Virus record (IMG/VR): IMGVR_UViG_3300032331_003609
Coordinates: 62,001 to 126,000 of that record
DNA length: 64,000 bases
Strand: one strand, 5' to 3'
A program made the position numbers and the translations under genes. The notes beneath the pieces are model-generated. The model saw only the letters and a program-made list of their open reading frames with translations. It was not told where the DNA came from and searched no databases. Positions 28,853 through 37,143 of this stretch are shown in pieces (the stretch's first letter is position 1; every line of letters starts with the position of its first letter).

Positions 28853-28936
28853 ATGAGAAACCAGAATCAATATAATTATTACCCAATGCCTGAACAAGGT
28901 AATGAGGGAAATTATATGGACACAGATCTGGGATAA
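28853..28936 (+). CDS. Leader peptide 2 MRNQNQYNYYPMPEQGNEGNYMDTDLG (putative attenuator)
   Basis: 27-codon ORF after GATATATA (28828-28835) and before terminator. Confidence 0.75.
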   Translation: MRNQNQYNYYPMPEQGNEGNYMDTDLG

Positions 28937-28956
28937 CATTTTTTAAATATATTTTG

Positions 28957-28989
28957 AAAACCCAGATCTCAATAAGGTCTGGGTTTTTT
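28957..28989 (+). terminator. Intrinsic terminator/attenuator upstream of tRNA operon 2
   Basis: CCCAGATC-TCAATAA-GGTCTGGG stem plus T6. Confidence 0.85.
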
Positions 28990-28993
28990 ATTT

Positions 28994-29066
28994 GGGGATG
29001 TAGCTCCAGCGGTAGAGCGCGTGACTGTTAATCACTAGGTCGTAAGTTCGAATCTTACCATCCCCT
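28994..29066 (+). tRNA. tRNA-Asn (GTT)
   Basis: GGGGATG/CATCCCC, CTGTTAA loop, TTCGAAT. Confidence 0.93.
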
Positions 29067-29071
29067 CAGAT

Positions 29072-29145
29072 TGCAAGATAGTTCATTTGGTGAGAACACT
29101 GGATTCATAACCCAGAGGTGATGAGTTCGAATCTCATTCTTGCGA
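29072..29145 (+). tRNA. tRNA-Met (CAT), probably elongator
   Basis: TGCAAGA/TCTTGCG, TTCATAA loop, TTCGAAT. Confidence 0.85.
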
Positions 29146-29150
29146 CAAAT

Positions 29151-29222
29151 GCTCCCGTCGACTAGCGGTTAGGTCACCTCCCTTTCACGGAGGTAGCACG
29201 GATTCGAATTCCGTCGGGAGTA
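29151..29222 (+). tRNA. tRNA-Glu (TTC)
   Basis: CCTCC-CTTTCAC-GGAGG. Confidence 0.92.
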
Positions 29223-29227
29223 CAAAT

Positions 29228-29308
29228 TGGGATATCGCATAGTGGCAATTGCGGCTGACTGTAAATCAGCTCTCTTTGAGTTCGGCGGTTCGAGTCCGTC
29301 TATCCCAA
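29228..29308 (+). tRNA. tRNA-Tyr (GTA)
   Basis: GCTGA-CTGTAAA-TCAGC, long variable arm, TTCGAGT. Confidence 0.93.
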
Positions 29309-29314
29309 CAATAC

Positions 29315-29439
29315 GAGTTAACTGTCCAGTGAGGGAACTGGGGCCTGCCGGTAAATCAGGCGTCGCAAGATCAAGGTTAGTAAGTGATTCTGATACCTGC
29401 AGTACAACAGATCACGTGGTTCGAATCCCCCTTAACTCA
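29315..29439 (+). ncRNA. Enlarged tRNA-like element, anticodon ambiguous
   Basis: GAGTTAA/TTAACTC acceptor, GGTTCGAATCC T-loop, extra hairpins. Confidence 0.5.
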
Positions 29440-29502
29440 CTAAATCAGAAGCGGTAAAAAAGCGTGATATATAGGATAAATTAATCACGAATATAGCAAT
29501 CA

Positions 29503-29673
29503 ATGAAAATTGCTGACATTAAAACACATTTAAAAGGGAAAGGCCAGTATAAAGCCGAAATGATTCTAAGCGAAAAATTTGAGGGAGAAAATGTTTTTAC
29601 GAATGACAATGTCTCTATTCAACCCCAAAAATGGTTGTTATACACTATCACTTTAAAGGAGGATATTAAATAA
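29503..29673 (+). CDS. Hypothetical protein (56 aa, MKIADIKTHLKG...)
   Basis: Hand-found ORF after GATATATA at 29466. Confidence 0.55.
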   Translation: MKIADIKTHLKGKGQYKAEMILSEKFEGENVFTNDNVSIQPQKWLLYTITLKEDIK

Positions 29674-29712
29674 CTAATCAACTGAATTAATCTATATTCA
29701 TTTTATGCTCAT

Positions 29713-30879
29713 ATGAAAATTGATTTTTGGTATAGCAATATTATTCCAAAATCCGGAATTCAGGATCTACTTGAAGAAATAGACGAGGATGTTTTATTTA
29801 AGAATATTGATACTGATACAGTAAATACTAATAAATTAAATTTTTTAGTCTTTACGTGGGAAACAAAATGGGCATTTTCCAACACCTACTATACACATTC
29901 CGACGAGTTTATAAGATTACTATCAAGACTTCAGGATAAAGATTTTTATTTTATAGCAGATTTTTCTGGAGAAGCTCACACACGTCCTGACGAAAATAGT
30001 TTATTGTTCCTAAATAAATTAAGGGATAATAAGATCAATATAAATCGGATAATTGTTGCAAACAATGATTCTTCCAAAATAGGAATTAATAAAATAAGAT
30101 ATGAATCATTTATACTTAACACGTGCTTTTTTCCTAATTTCTTTTTGTCAACATGTAATCATCTGGATAATATCCTAGGTAACCAGCAAATAAAAAATTC
30201 TATAATACCTGATAAAAAATTCTTATGTCTCAATCGTAGAATGTTCCATCATAAGTACAAAGTTATAGAGGAATTATTCCATAGAGGATTATTAGAAGAT
30301 ACTAGATTTAGCTGGGTAGATAATAAGGATAAAAAAAATCTATTCAATAAAAATCTGAACTCATATTTAGGGATAGACATAAATAATTTTAAATCAATTC
30401 AATTAGAAGGTGATGTAATGTATGGTAGCGATTTATCAAGACATGAAGAATATCTTTATACTGTAAATCCTGATTGGTATTATAAGAGTAAAGTTAATAT
30501 TATCACTGAAACAATATTGGAGGGAAAAGAAATTCACATAACAGAAAAAACGTGGAAGGCAATTTATTTAGGAATTCCTTTTGTGATTTATGCATCAAAG
30601 AATCATCTTAAGATCCTAAGAGAAATGGGGTTTAAGACATTTAACACATTGATCAACGAAGATTATGATGAAATGATTGGAGATGCTAAACTAAAACAGA
30701 TTATAGATAGTGCTGAAGAATTAGCTAGAATTTATAATACCCCAGAAGTTTTAGAGATATGCAGATTTAATCAGAAAATTTATTCAGATAAAATACATCG
30801 TAAGAATATTTGTAAAAATTCTTTTTTGAATAGGATAGTTGATATTAAAAATAATACTATTAAATTAAAGATCTTTTAA
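29713..30879 (+). CDS. Single-domain paralogue of the 1770..4265 repeat (GT10-like ET..TEK motif)
   Basis: KFLCLNRR, SKVNIITET..IHITEKTWKAI..GIPFVI. Confidence 0.55.
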   Translation: MKIDFWYSNIIPKSGIQDLLEEIDEDVLFKNIDTDTVNTNKLNFLVFTWETKWAFSNTYYTHSDEFIRLLSRLQDKDFYFIADFSGEAHTRPDENSLLFLNKLRDNKININRIIVANNDSSKIGINKIRYESFILNTCFFPNFFLSTCNHLDNILGNQQIKNSIIPDKKFLCLNRRMFHHKYKVIEELFHRGLLEDTRFSWVDNKDKKNLFNKNLNSYLGIDINNFKSIQLEGDVMYGSDLSRHEEYLYTVNPDWYYKSKVNIITETILEGKEIHITEKTWKAIYLGIPFVIYASKNHLKILREMGFKTFNTLINEDYDEMIGDAKLKQIIDSAEELARIYNTPEVLEICRFNQKIYSDKIHRKNICKNSFLNRIVDIKNNTIKLKIF

Positions 30880-31489
30880 CTATAGGTTTGGTGTATCTAG
30901 TTTTGAAAATTTCAGCCAATTCGCTGTGTCCAACCTCACCATAATGTCCATCATCAACTTCACCTTCAGATTCTTCTGAAACTGTTAGGCATCTTATAAA
31001 TTCACATTTTGTTATAGCTCCTCCAAAAGGTGTCCAATGAATTATGTCATTATTAGGAAGAGCCTTGTTTATTAATCTTATCCAAGAATCCACTTCGTGT
31101 GCAAATTTATACGAAGATCTATTTAACATTATTTCGTCTATTGATTGCTTAGATAAATGATTGAAAAGAGAAAGATCATAATCATCACCAGGTCTTAGAC
31201 TAACCCATGTATCGTTTTTTGTCGTTAGTCTAAATCTAACTGGATTTGACCATCCGATTATAACAAAGTCATTTTCTTTTATTTCCCAGATATTTTTACA
31301 GATGTTTTCGAAAATAGCATAATTATCAGAGCCTCCTTCCCCTATATTCTTTTTAATGAAACTAAGATCCCTAGATAGAATATCAGAAAAGTTAAGAGGT
31401 TTATAACCCTTCCATTCTATGTATTTTTTTGCCCAGTGTCCAAATCCCTCTGTGTATGAGTCACCAAATGTCCAAAGTGTGTTCGCCAT
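30860..31489 (-). CDS. SGNH/GDSL hydrolase-like protein
   Basis: LWTFGDSYT, GSDN, DGHY; start moved to MANTLW. Confidence 0.7.
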   Translation of the reverse strand: MANTLWTFGDSYTEGFGHWAKKYIEWKGYKPLNFSDILSRDLSFIKKNIGEGGSDNYAIFENICKNIWEIKENDFVIIGWSNPVRFRLTTKNDTWVSLRPGDDYDLSLFNHLSKQSIDEIMLNRSSYKFAHEVDSWIRLINKALPNNDIIHWTPFGGAITKCEFIRCLTVSEESEGEVDDGHYGEVGHSELAEIFKTRYTKPIVKRSLI

Positions 31490-31558
31490 GTTGATAATAT
31501 ATACTATAGAAGTTAAAACTAAAATATTCCAACTATCATATATAAAATAAAACCCCGC

Positions 31559-32335
31559 ATGTTTAAATATCTTACAAGGGAGGAAGTTCAACAGCTTTCT
31601 TTCGATTGGAAATATAAAGGATACTCCGTAATAGATCTAATCACATCAGAAGAGGCTGATTTAATATCAGAAGATCTTGATAATCTAAGAAAAAGAAGAA
31701 ATTCAGTAGATGATAAGTACGGGGAGTATGATCCTTATATCCATCCTCACAAAGAATCAGAGATGGTTGAAAAAATTCTTGTACACCCTAAGATAGTGGA
31801 AGCCATGGAATTTATAATAAATTCTGAGATTCAAGGAATACAAACGTGGGCTTATTTTAAACCTCCGGGTGAACTTGGTAGAGACGCACACCAAGATGCT
31901 TTCTATGCTCAAACCCAATGGAATAAGACTGCTAATGTTAGTATATCTCTGGACGATACTGATGAGTCAAATGGAGGTATTTGGTTTTATGAGGCTTCTC
32001 ATTTACTTCCAATTCTACCTATAGGGATAGACGAGGAAAGAGCTAAGCTTAATCCTATTAGATGGAGAAACGAGAGAGGTAAGGCATGTGTTATGCCTGA
32101 AGGACATAATTTTACTAGAATAACCCCATCGATCAGAAAGGGACAAGCAGTTTTCCTGCATTCACATATAGTTCATGGATCTAATGAGAATAAAAGCGAT
32201 CGTTTCAGAAGATCTATTCTGAGCGGATATACAGGCAAAGGATCTCCATTCAGAAGCGGAGAACATATGAAAAGGGAACCAATTGACATTTATGAACTAA
32301 AATTAAAATACTGGGAGGTAAAAAAACTCCAATAG
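31559..32335 (+). CDS. Phytanoyl-CoA dioxygenase (PhyH)-like 2OG-Fe(II) oxygenase
   Basis: AHQD, LDD.DESNGG, HSHIVHGS..N.S..FRR. Confidence 0.85.
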   Translation: MFKYLTREEVQQLSFDWKYKGYSVIDLITSEEADLISEDLDNLRKRRNSVDDKYGEYDPYIHPHKESEMVEKILVHPKIVEAMEFIINSEIQGIQTWAYFKPPGELGRDAHQDAFYAQTQWNKTANVSISLDDTDESNGGIWFYEASHLLPILPIGIDEERAKLNPIRWRNERGKACVMPEGHNFTRITPSIRKGQAVFLHSHIVHGSNENKSDRFRRSILSGYTGKGSPFRSGEHMKREPIDIYELKLKYWEVKKLQ

Positions 32336-32342
32336 ATTTTGA

Positions 32343-33554
32343 ATGAAGCTAATACACACATTTGTTCCGAATAAGTTTGATCTAAAAAACGAGAAGGATA
32401 AAAACATAATCTGGAAGGATTTAATGTATGTCCAGATGCTTAGTGTTTTGCTTGCTAATAGGGAATATGGAGGTATTTCATTGTACACCAACAACACAAT
32501 AAAAAAACAAATATTAGATATAGGTGTTCCCTATTCTGACATAGACACTGACATATTACAAGACACCACATCAGATCTATTTTGTATACCTAAACTCAGG
32601 ATTTATAGAGAAATAAAAGAACCTTTTGTACATATTGATACAGATACTCTTATCTATAATAAGATAGATTTTTCAAAATTTGATTCGTCCGTAGTTTATT
32701 CACATTCGGATATTAGACCTCCGTTACATAAAAATGGCGACGATAAACTCTATGAGATCTTTAATAATTATCCATCCCTAGGAGATTCAGATTCGTTCTT
32801 TAAATCTGCTAAAATAACATACCTAGATCTGTTTAATAGATTGAATAATGATCATTCAGAATTTAAATTAAACAACATAAGGGTAGGTGATATACCTAAT
32901 ATGAATATTATAATTGTTAATGACCATGACAATTTTAATAAGGCATCTCAAATGTCCCTGGATCATTATATAAGAAATAAGGAAGTTATAGACAGCACTA
33001 AAAATGGGGAATGTTACATAGAGCAGCTAATGATACACCTGAATATGATGGAGATTAGCGAAAAGTATAGGGAAGAAGTTATAGCAAAAAAGACCTTCAT
33101 TCTTAAAGATTCACCATTTATGCTAGATGCTGATTTTGGGTCTCATTTAGATGATTTAAAATTTCCATTCACCATGATACACAATTCTCATAAAGATGTA
33201 GAAATAGATGAAACAATTCATATTAATGGAGTATTATATTCAAGGGCTCAAGAATATCACGAGCATTACGGTAGAACGACTAAGGTAAATTCGATGGAAG
33301 ACATTATAAAATTATTTGATTTTGATTTTTATGGTCTTTCCCACCTAACATTCTATAAATGGTCTGAATTTTTTCAAGCAATTGTAATAGGATATATTGT
33401 AAAAAACTTCGGAGAAGAATATGTTAGAAGTGTTTACGAATATTATAAAACAATTTATCCTGTAGTTTATAGTTTTCCTAGATTATCAAAAGGAGAAACA
33501 TTATACCAGGATCTAACAGGATTTAAATTTGAAAAGATAAAAAGCTTGGTCTGA
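32343..33554 (+). CDS. Hypothetical protein, glycosyltransferase-like (DxD)
   Basis: PKL.IY...EPFVHIDTD. Confidence 0.5.
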   Translation: MKLIHTFVPNKFDLKNEKDKNIIWKDLMYVQMLSVLLANREYGGISLYTNNTIKKQILDIGVPYSDIDTDILQDTTSDLFCIPKLRIYREIKEPFVHIDTDTLIYNKIDFSKFDSSVVYSHSDIRPPLHKNGDDKLYEIFNNYPSLGDSDSFFKSAKITYLDLFNRLNNDHSEFKLNNIRVGDIPNMNIIIVNDHDNFNKASQMSLDHYIRNKEVIDSTKNGECYIEQLMIHLNMMEISEKYREEVIAKKTFILKDSPFMLDADFGSHLDDLKFPFTMIHNSHKDVEIDETIHINGVLYSRAQEYHEHYGRTTKVNSMEDIIKLFDFDFYGLSHLTFYKWSEFFQAIVIGYIVKNFGEEYVRSVYEYYKTIYPVVYSFPRLSKGETLYQDLTGFKFEKIKSLV

Positions 33555-33562
33555 ACAAAAAA

Positions 33563-33635
33563 GCGGGAGTAGCTCATTTGGTAGAGCGATAGCCTTCCAA
33601 GCTATAGGTGGCCAGTTCGAGCCTGGTCTCCCGCT
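33563..33635 (+). tRNA. tRNA-Gly (TCC)
   Basis: GCGGGAG/CTCCCGC, U73, ATAGC-CTTCCAA-GCTAT. Confidence 0.95.
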
Positions 33636-33698
33636 CCGCCCTAAACCAGAATATGTCTAATAAACTATTCTGGTTTATTATTATAAAATAGGTTTAGC

Positions 33699-34244
33699 GT
33701 GGATATAGATCAATACTTACAAACAGAAAATTGGTTTGATTATCATTCTTTTTATGATTTTGTATCAGAAAAGAATTATAAAAAACTTGTAGAGGTTGGG
33801 GTCTGGAAAGGGCATTCAGTATCCTATCTGGCTGCTAAGAATATGAATAGTAAAATATATGCGGTGGATCTTTTTGAGTTATCGAGGGAATTGTTTCATG
33901 GGGAAATACAAAAACAGATCCCTTACATATATGACATCTACAATAAGAATCTTGAATTAACTGGAACAAGAAAGACAATTAGGGATATAAAGGGTCTATC
34001 GTGGGATGTTGCAAATCACTTTCAGGATCAGACGGTTGATTTTGTTTTTCTTGATGCTTCTCATAATTATGAGAGTGTTACAAAAGATATTAATGCATGG
34101 TTTCCTAAAGTTAGATCAGGAGGTATAATAGCAGGACATGACTATAGTTGGGATGGTGTTAATTTTGCAGTAAAAGAATTTGCAGGAGAAGAATTGGAAA
34201 TACTGACTTACGAAGGAAGTGTTTGGTATATAAATAAAATATAA
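33699..34244 (+). CDS. Class I SAM methyltransferase (Methyltransf_24-like)
   Basis: VEVGVWKG, DFVFLDASHNY, GGIIAGHDY. Confidence 0.88.
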   Translation: MDIDQYLQTENWFDYHSFYDFVSEKNYKKLVEVGVWKGHSVSYLAAKNMNSKIYAVDLFELSRELFHGEIQKQIPYIYDIYNKNLELTGTRKTIRDIKGLSWDVANHFQDQTVDFVFLDASHNYESVTKDINAWFPKVRSGGIIAGHDYSWDGVNFAVKEFAGEELEILTYEGSVWYINKI

Positions 34245-34249
34245 AAGAT

Positions 34250-34480
34250 ATGATTTGGATTATTTACATTTTAAGCGTGGGGTATTGCTTATACAAGTTA
34301 GCAAAAAGACATCAAAAAAATGATCTAGGTGGAGGTATTGGTACATCTCCTGGATTGGATACTATTATGGTAGTCGTATTGGCTCCTTTGTTGACCGTAG
34401 TGGACGTATCGTTAACATGGATCAGAATATATAAGGAAGCTGAAGAAGCAAGGCGTAGGAGAACTAATACAATGCTTTAA
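34250..34480 (+). CDS. Small membrane protein, hypothetical
   Basis: Two hydrophobic segments. Confidence 0.6.
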   Translation: MIWIIYILSVGYCLYKLAKRHQKNDLGGGIGTSPGLDTIMVVVLAPLLTVVDVSLTWIRIYKEAEEARRRRTNTML

Positions 34481-34493
34481 TAATTAAATACAC

Positions 34494-34654
34494 TGGCCGG
34501 TGATGAAAAGCGTACGCACGGCAGACATACCCTCCTGTCTCGGGGGCGCGGATAACAAGACAGATAAATGGTAATGGGTTGACCACACGCTTGCAAGCAT
34601 AAGTGCCATTTATTGAATTGCCGCATGGAGGTTCGAATCCTTCCTGGCCAGCCA
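34494..34654 (+). tRNA. tRNA-Asp (GTC) with very large variable-region insertion
   Basis: TGGCCGG/CTGGCCA, G73, CCA; CCCTC-CTGTCTC-GGGGG; GGAGG-TTCGAAT-CCTTC. Confidence 0.75.
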
Positions 34655-34680
34655 CTAGAAATATTCTGGATAAATTTGAA

Positions 34681-35673
34681 ATGAAAGAAATAATAATCGT
34701 AGGATCTTATTGTAATACTGAAAAAAAACTTCTCTGCCTAATTGATCTGATTGCTAAGGCCAAAGAAAATAATATGGACATATTGGTCTATGGAAGATAT
34801 CCTATTCCCGAATACGTCCAATCCATGTGCGACTATTGGATTTATGACAAATCCAATCCAGTATTTAAAACAGATAGAAAAAATTTCATTTGGTATAAAA
34901 ATTTTGGTAAAAAAATAATTAGAACTGTAGAGAATGACTGGGGATTTGCAGCAATAGAGCAAATTATAAAATCTCTAGGAGTAGTTAAAGCTTTCAGCTA
35001 TGAAATTGCTTACTGGGTTAACTATGATGTTGATCTAACTAATTTTCAAAAATTTAAATCTTTATGCTCTGAAAATTTTAAATCACATAGCTGTGTAATG
35101 TATCCCTGGTCAAATAATGGAATAGGGGTTTGTCTAACATCAATAGGATTTAAAATTAATGAATCATATGCTAGATTAAAAGGGGTTATAACAAAAACAA
35201 ACTATATCTCAATTTTTAAAAGTGACAATTTTATTCCGGAAGATATTTTTAGAAAGATGGTAGAAAGCTCTGAATTGGATTATTTTATATCAGAAGAGTA
35301 TACACCGATGAGGGCTTCAATTAACTCTGAAGGTGAAAGATTAAATGGAGAAATTCCCGAAGAGTTTAAGAAAACAAAATCGTATTTTGGGAGATGCTTT
35401 ATAGGAACAAGCAGAAATAGCGGTTCTAAGGTAGTTTACATGTCATCGGTTAGAGAGGAAATAAAAGAAATAGTTTTAAATTTTGGTAGTGATGATATCA
35501 CATTTTATGATTTGCAACTGGACAAGTACGGAGCAACTGAAATAAAAATTCCAGATGTCTTCCCCAAGAAGCTTTTGATCAAATCTATCAATGGGAATTC
35601 TATTGATGAATTATTGGACGATAAACTAGACGATGATTATTTTAGACTTAATGAGATAGAAAATATAATATAA
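34681..35673 (+). CDS. Hypothetical protein, GT-like
   Basis: Start moved to MKEII (track start lies inside the tRNA); YWVNYDVD. Confidence 0.55.
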   Translation: MKEIIIVGSYCNTEKKLLCLIDLIAKAKENNMDILVYGRYPIPEYVQSMCDYWIYDKSNPVFKTDRKNFIWYKNFGKKIIRTVENDWGFAAIEQIIKSLGVVKAFSYEIAYWVNYDVDLTNFQKFKSLCSENFKSHSCVMYPWSNNGIGVCLTSIGFKINESYARLKGVITKTNYISIFKSDNFIPEDIFRKMVESSELDYFISEEYTPMRASINSEGERLNGEIPEEFKKTKSYFGRCFIGTSRNSGSKVVYMSSVREEIKEIVLNFGSDDITFYDLQLDKYGATEIKIPDVFPKKLLIKSINGNSIDELLDDKLDDDYFRLNEIENII

Positions 35674-35726
35674 GAATAAAGTATGATTTGGATTATTTAC
35701 ATCGTAAGTGTGAAATAATAAGAATT

Positions 35727-35761
35727 AAAAAAAAACCCAGATCTTTTAGGTCTGGGTTTTA
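35727..35761. terminator. Bidirectional intrinsic terminator between convergent genes
   Basis: A-run, CCCAGATC-TTTTA-GGTCTGGG, T-run. Confidence 0.8.
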
Positions 35762-35781
35762 TTTTGAGAAAAATTTTATAT

Positions 35782-36492
35782 TTATGGGTAAGCATTATAT
35801 CCTTGGGCAAATTCGGTTAACTCACCAAAAATGTTTATTCTACATGTGTAGAATGAACCACCTCCTTGTGGTGAAATCCTGTAAAAATTACTTGAATTAC
35901 TATCACCCACAAAGTAAAGACCAGATGGTTTGCTATTAGTTACATCTTGTTGAGTGTATAAATATTGGTACTGGTTTATTTCATATCCTCCTTCTTGATA
36001 AACTGTTGTTCCTGGAGAAGAATCATTAGCAGCATCAGATCTTGTGCTGTACATAGTAGAGACACTAAGCATTCTTACCGGATCTGCTTCTCCGAATGAT
36101 GAATAAAATCCATTACCTCTTAGCCAGAAATCTGCATCATATCCAGTTGTAAACACATTCGGCTTAAATATTGGAATTTTATTTGCAAGTTCTACAAATG
36201 ATGCTTCGGTTTTTTCGTCCGATTTAAAAAATCTAAGTCTAGGCGAACCTGATACTACACCAGTTCCTCCTCCTGTTGGTCTTGATGTCGTTGAATACGT
36301 AGTAGAGGTTTCTCCTATAATGACATATCCGAACATATCAGATTTTGCTCCTCCTGTCCATTCTCCTACTGAATAGTTGACTGTTCCGGATTCTGCTGTT
36401 TGGTTGCCAGCAACTACAACATTGCCAAATATCTGACATCCTGCTATAGGATAAGAGTCTGCTCCTATATGTTTTGCATCAAATCTTTTCAT
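35782..36492 (-). CDS. Hypothetical, putative virion protein
   Basis: Gly/Ser/Thr-rich; GATATATA upstream on minus strand (36516-36523). Confidence 0.55.
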   Translation of the reverse strand: MKRFDAKHIGADSYPIAGCQIFGNVVVAGNQTAESGTVNYSVGEWTGGAKSDMFGYVIIGETSTTYSTTSRPTGGGTGVVSGSPRLRFFKSDEKTEASFVELANKIPIFKPNVFTTGYDADFWLRGNGFYSSFGEADPVRMLSVSTMYSTRSDAANDSSPGTTVYQEGGYEINQYQYLYTQQDVTNSKPSGLYFVGDSNSSNFYRISPQGGGSFYTCRINIFGELTEFAQGYNAYP

Positions 36493-36534
36493 ATTTTCTG
36501 TTTAATATTATGATCTATATATCTTAATGACCCC

Positions 36535-37143
36535 TTATTTTGAATGCATTTTTTTATCCGAGCATTTAATTTCAGATTTTTCCCATTCAACTAAAGGTCT
36601 TTCATTAGGAAAAGAAAAACATCTCCACTTCTTTTGTTTTTCGAAATAAATATGCTCTTTTAATATGGAGGGAATAGCAGCATTTGTCTCAACTCTTTTT
36701 GCTGGATTATCAAAAATTAAATCGATTATAACAGTAATACTTTCAGTATCATCCCATTTACGAATTTGTTCTTCAAGAAGTCTCCATTCTCCCCTATTTA
36801 GGTATTGGTTTTGTAATATACTATTTAAGTATGAAAAAGTTTGTCTAAGATTTTCCATATTATCAGAGAACGTTGCAGCAGGAGCTCCGTGACCTTTGTC
36901 ATAAACATTTGATCTATAGTCATCCTCGTCTGATGTTTTAATATTTGGCTCTTTATAGAAATCCATCGATCCTCTATTCACATTTGTTGGTCTATTAGTA
37001 GATCTATACTTGATCCATACTGGTTGTTCTAATTTTTGGGAATAAAGAATTTCAAAAACTTGATTCTTTACTCTAACTGTATCCTCTGCATTAACACCTA
37101 TTGATAGTGTTATAATTAATAATAATGCTAGAATTTTTTTCAT
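36535..37143 (-). CDS. DNA/RNA non-specific endonuclease (His-Me finger) with signal peptide
   Basis: MKKILALLLIITLSIGVNA signal; YDKGHGAPAA, N..LQ...LNRG.W..LE. Confidence 0.88.
   Translation of the reverse strand: MKKILALLLIITLSIGVNAEDTVRVKNQVFEILYSQKLEQPVWIKYRSTNRPTNVNRGSMDFYKEPNIKTSDEDDYRSNVYDKGHGAPAATFSDNMENLRQTFSYLNSILQNQYLNRGEWRLLEEQIRKWDDTESITVIIDLIFDNPAKRVETNAAIPSILKEHIYFEKQKKWRCFSFPNERPLVEWEKSEIKCSDKKMHSK

Noticed and set aside
27532-29457. Track ORFs across the tRNA arrays and ORF 18056..18250
   Set aside because: They overlap tRNA or tmRNA genes and translate the typical tRNA antisense patterns (GFEP, GIEP)
31559-31591. Head-to-head overlap of SGNH and PhyH genes
   Set aside because: Disappears when the SGNH start is moved to MANTLW (31489)
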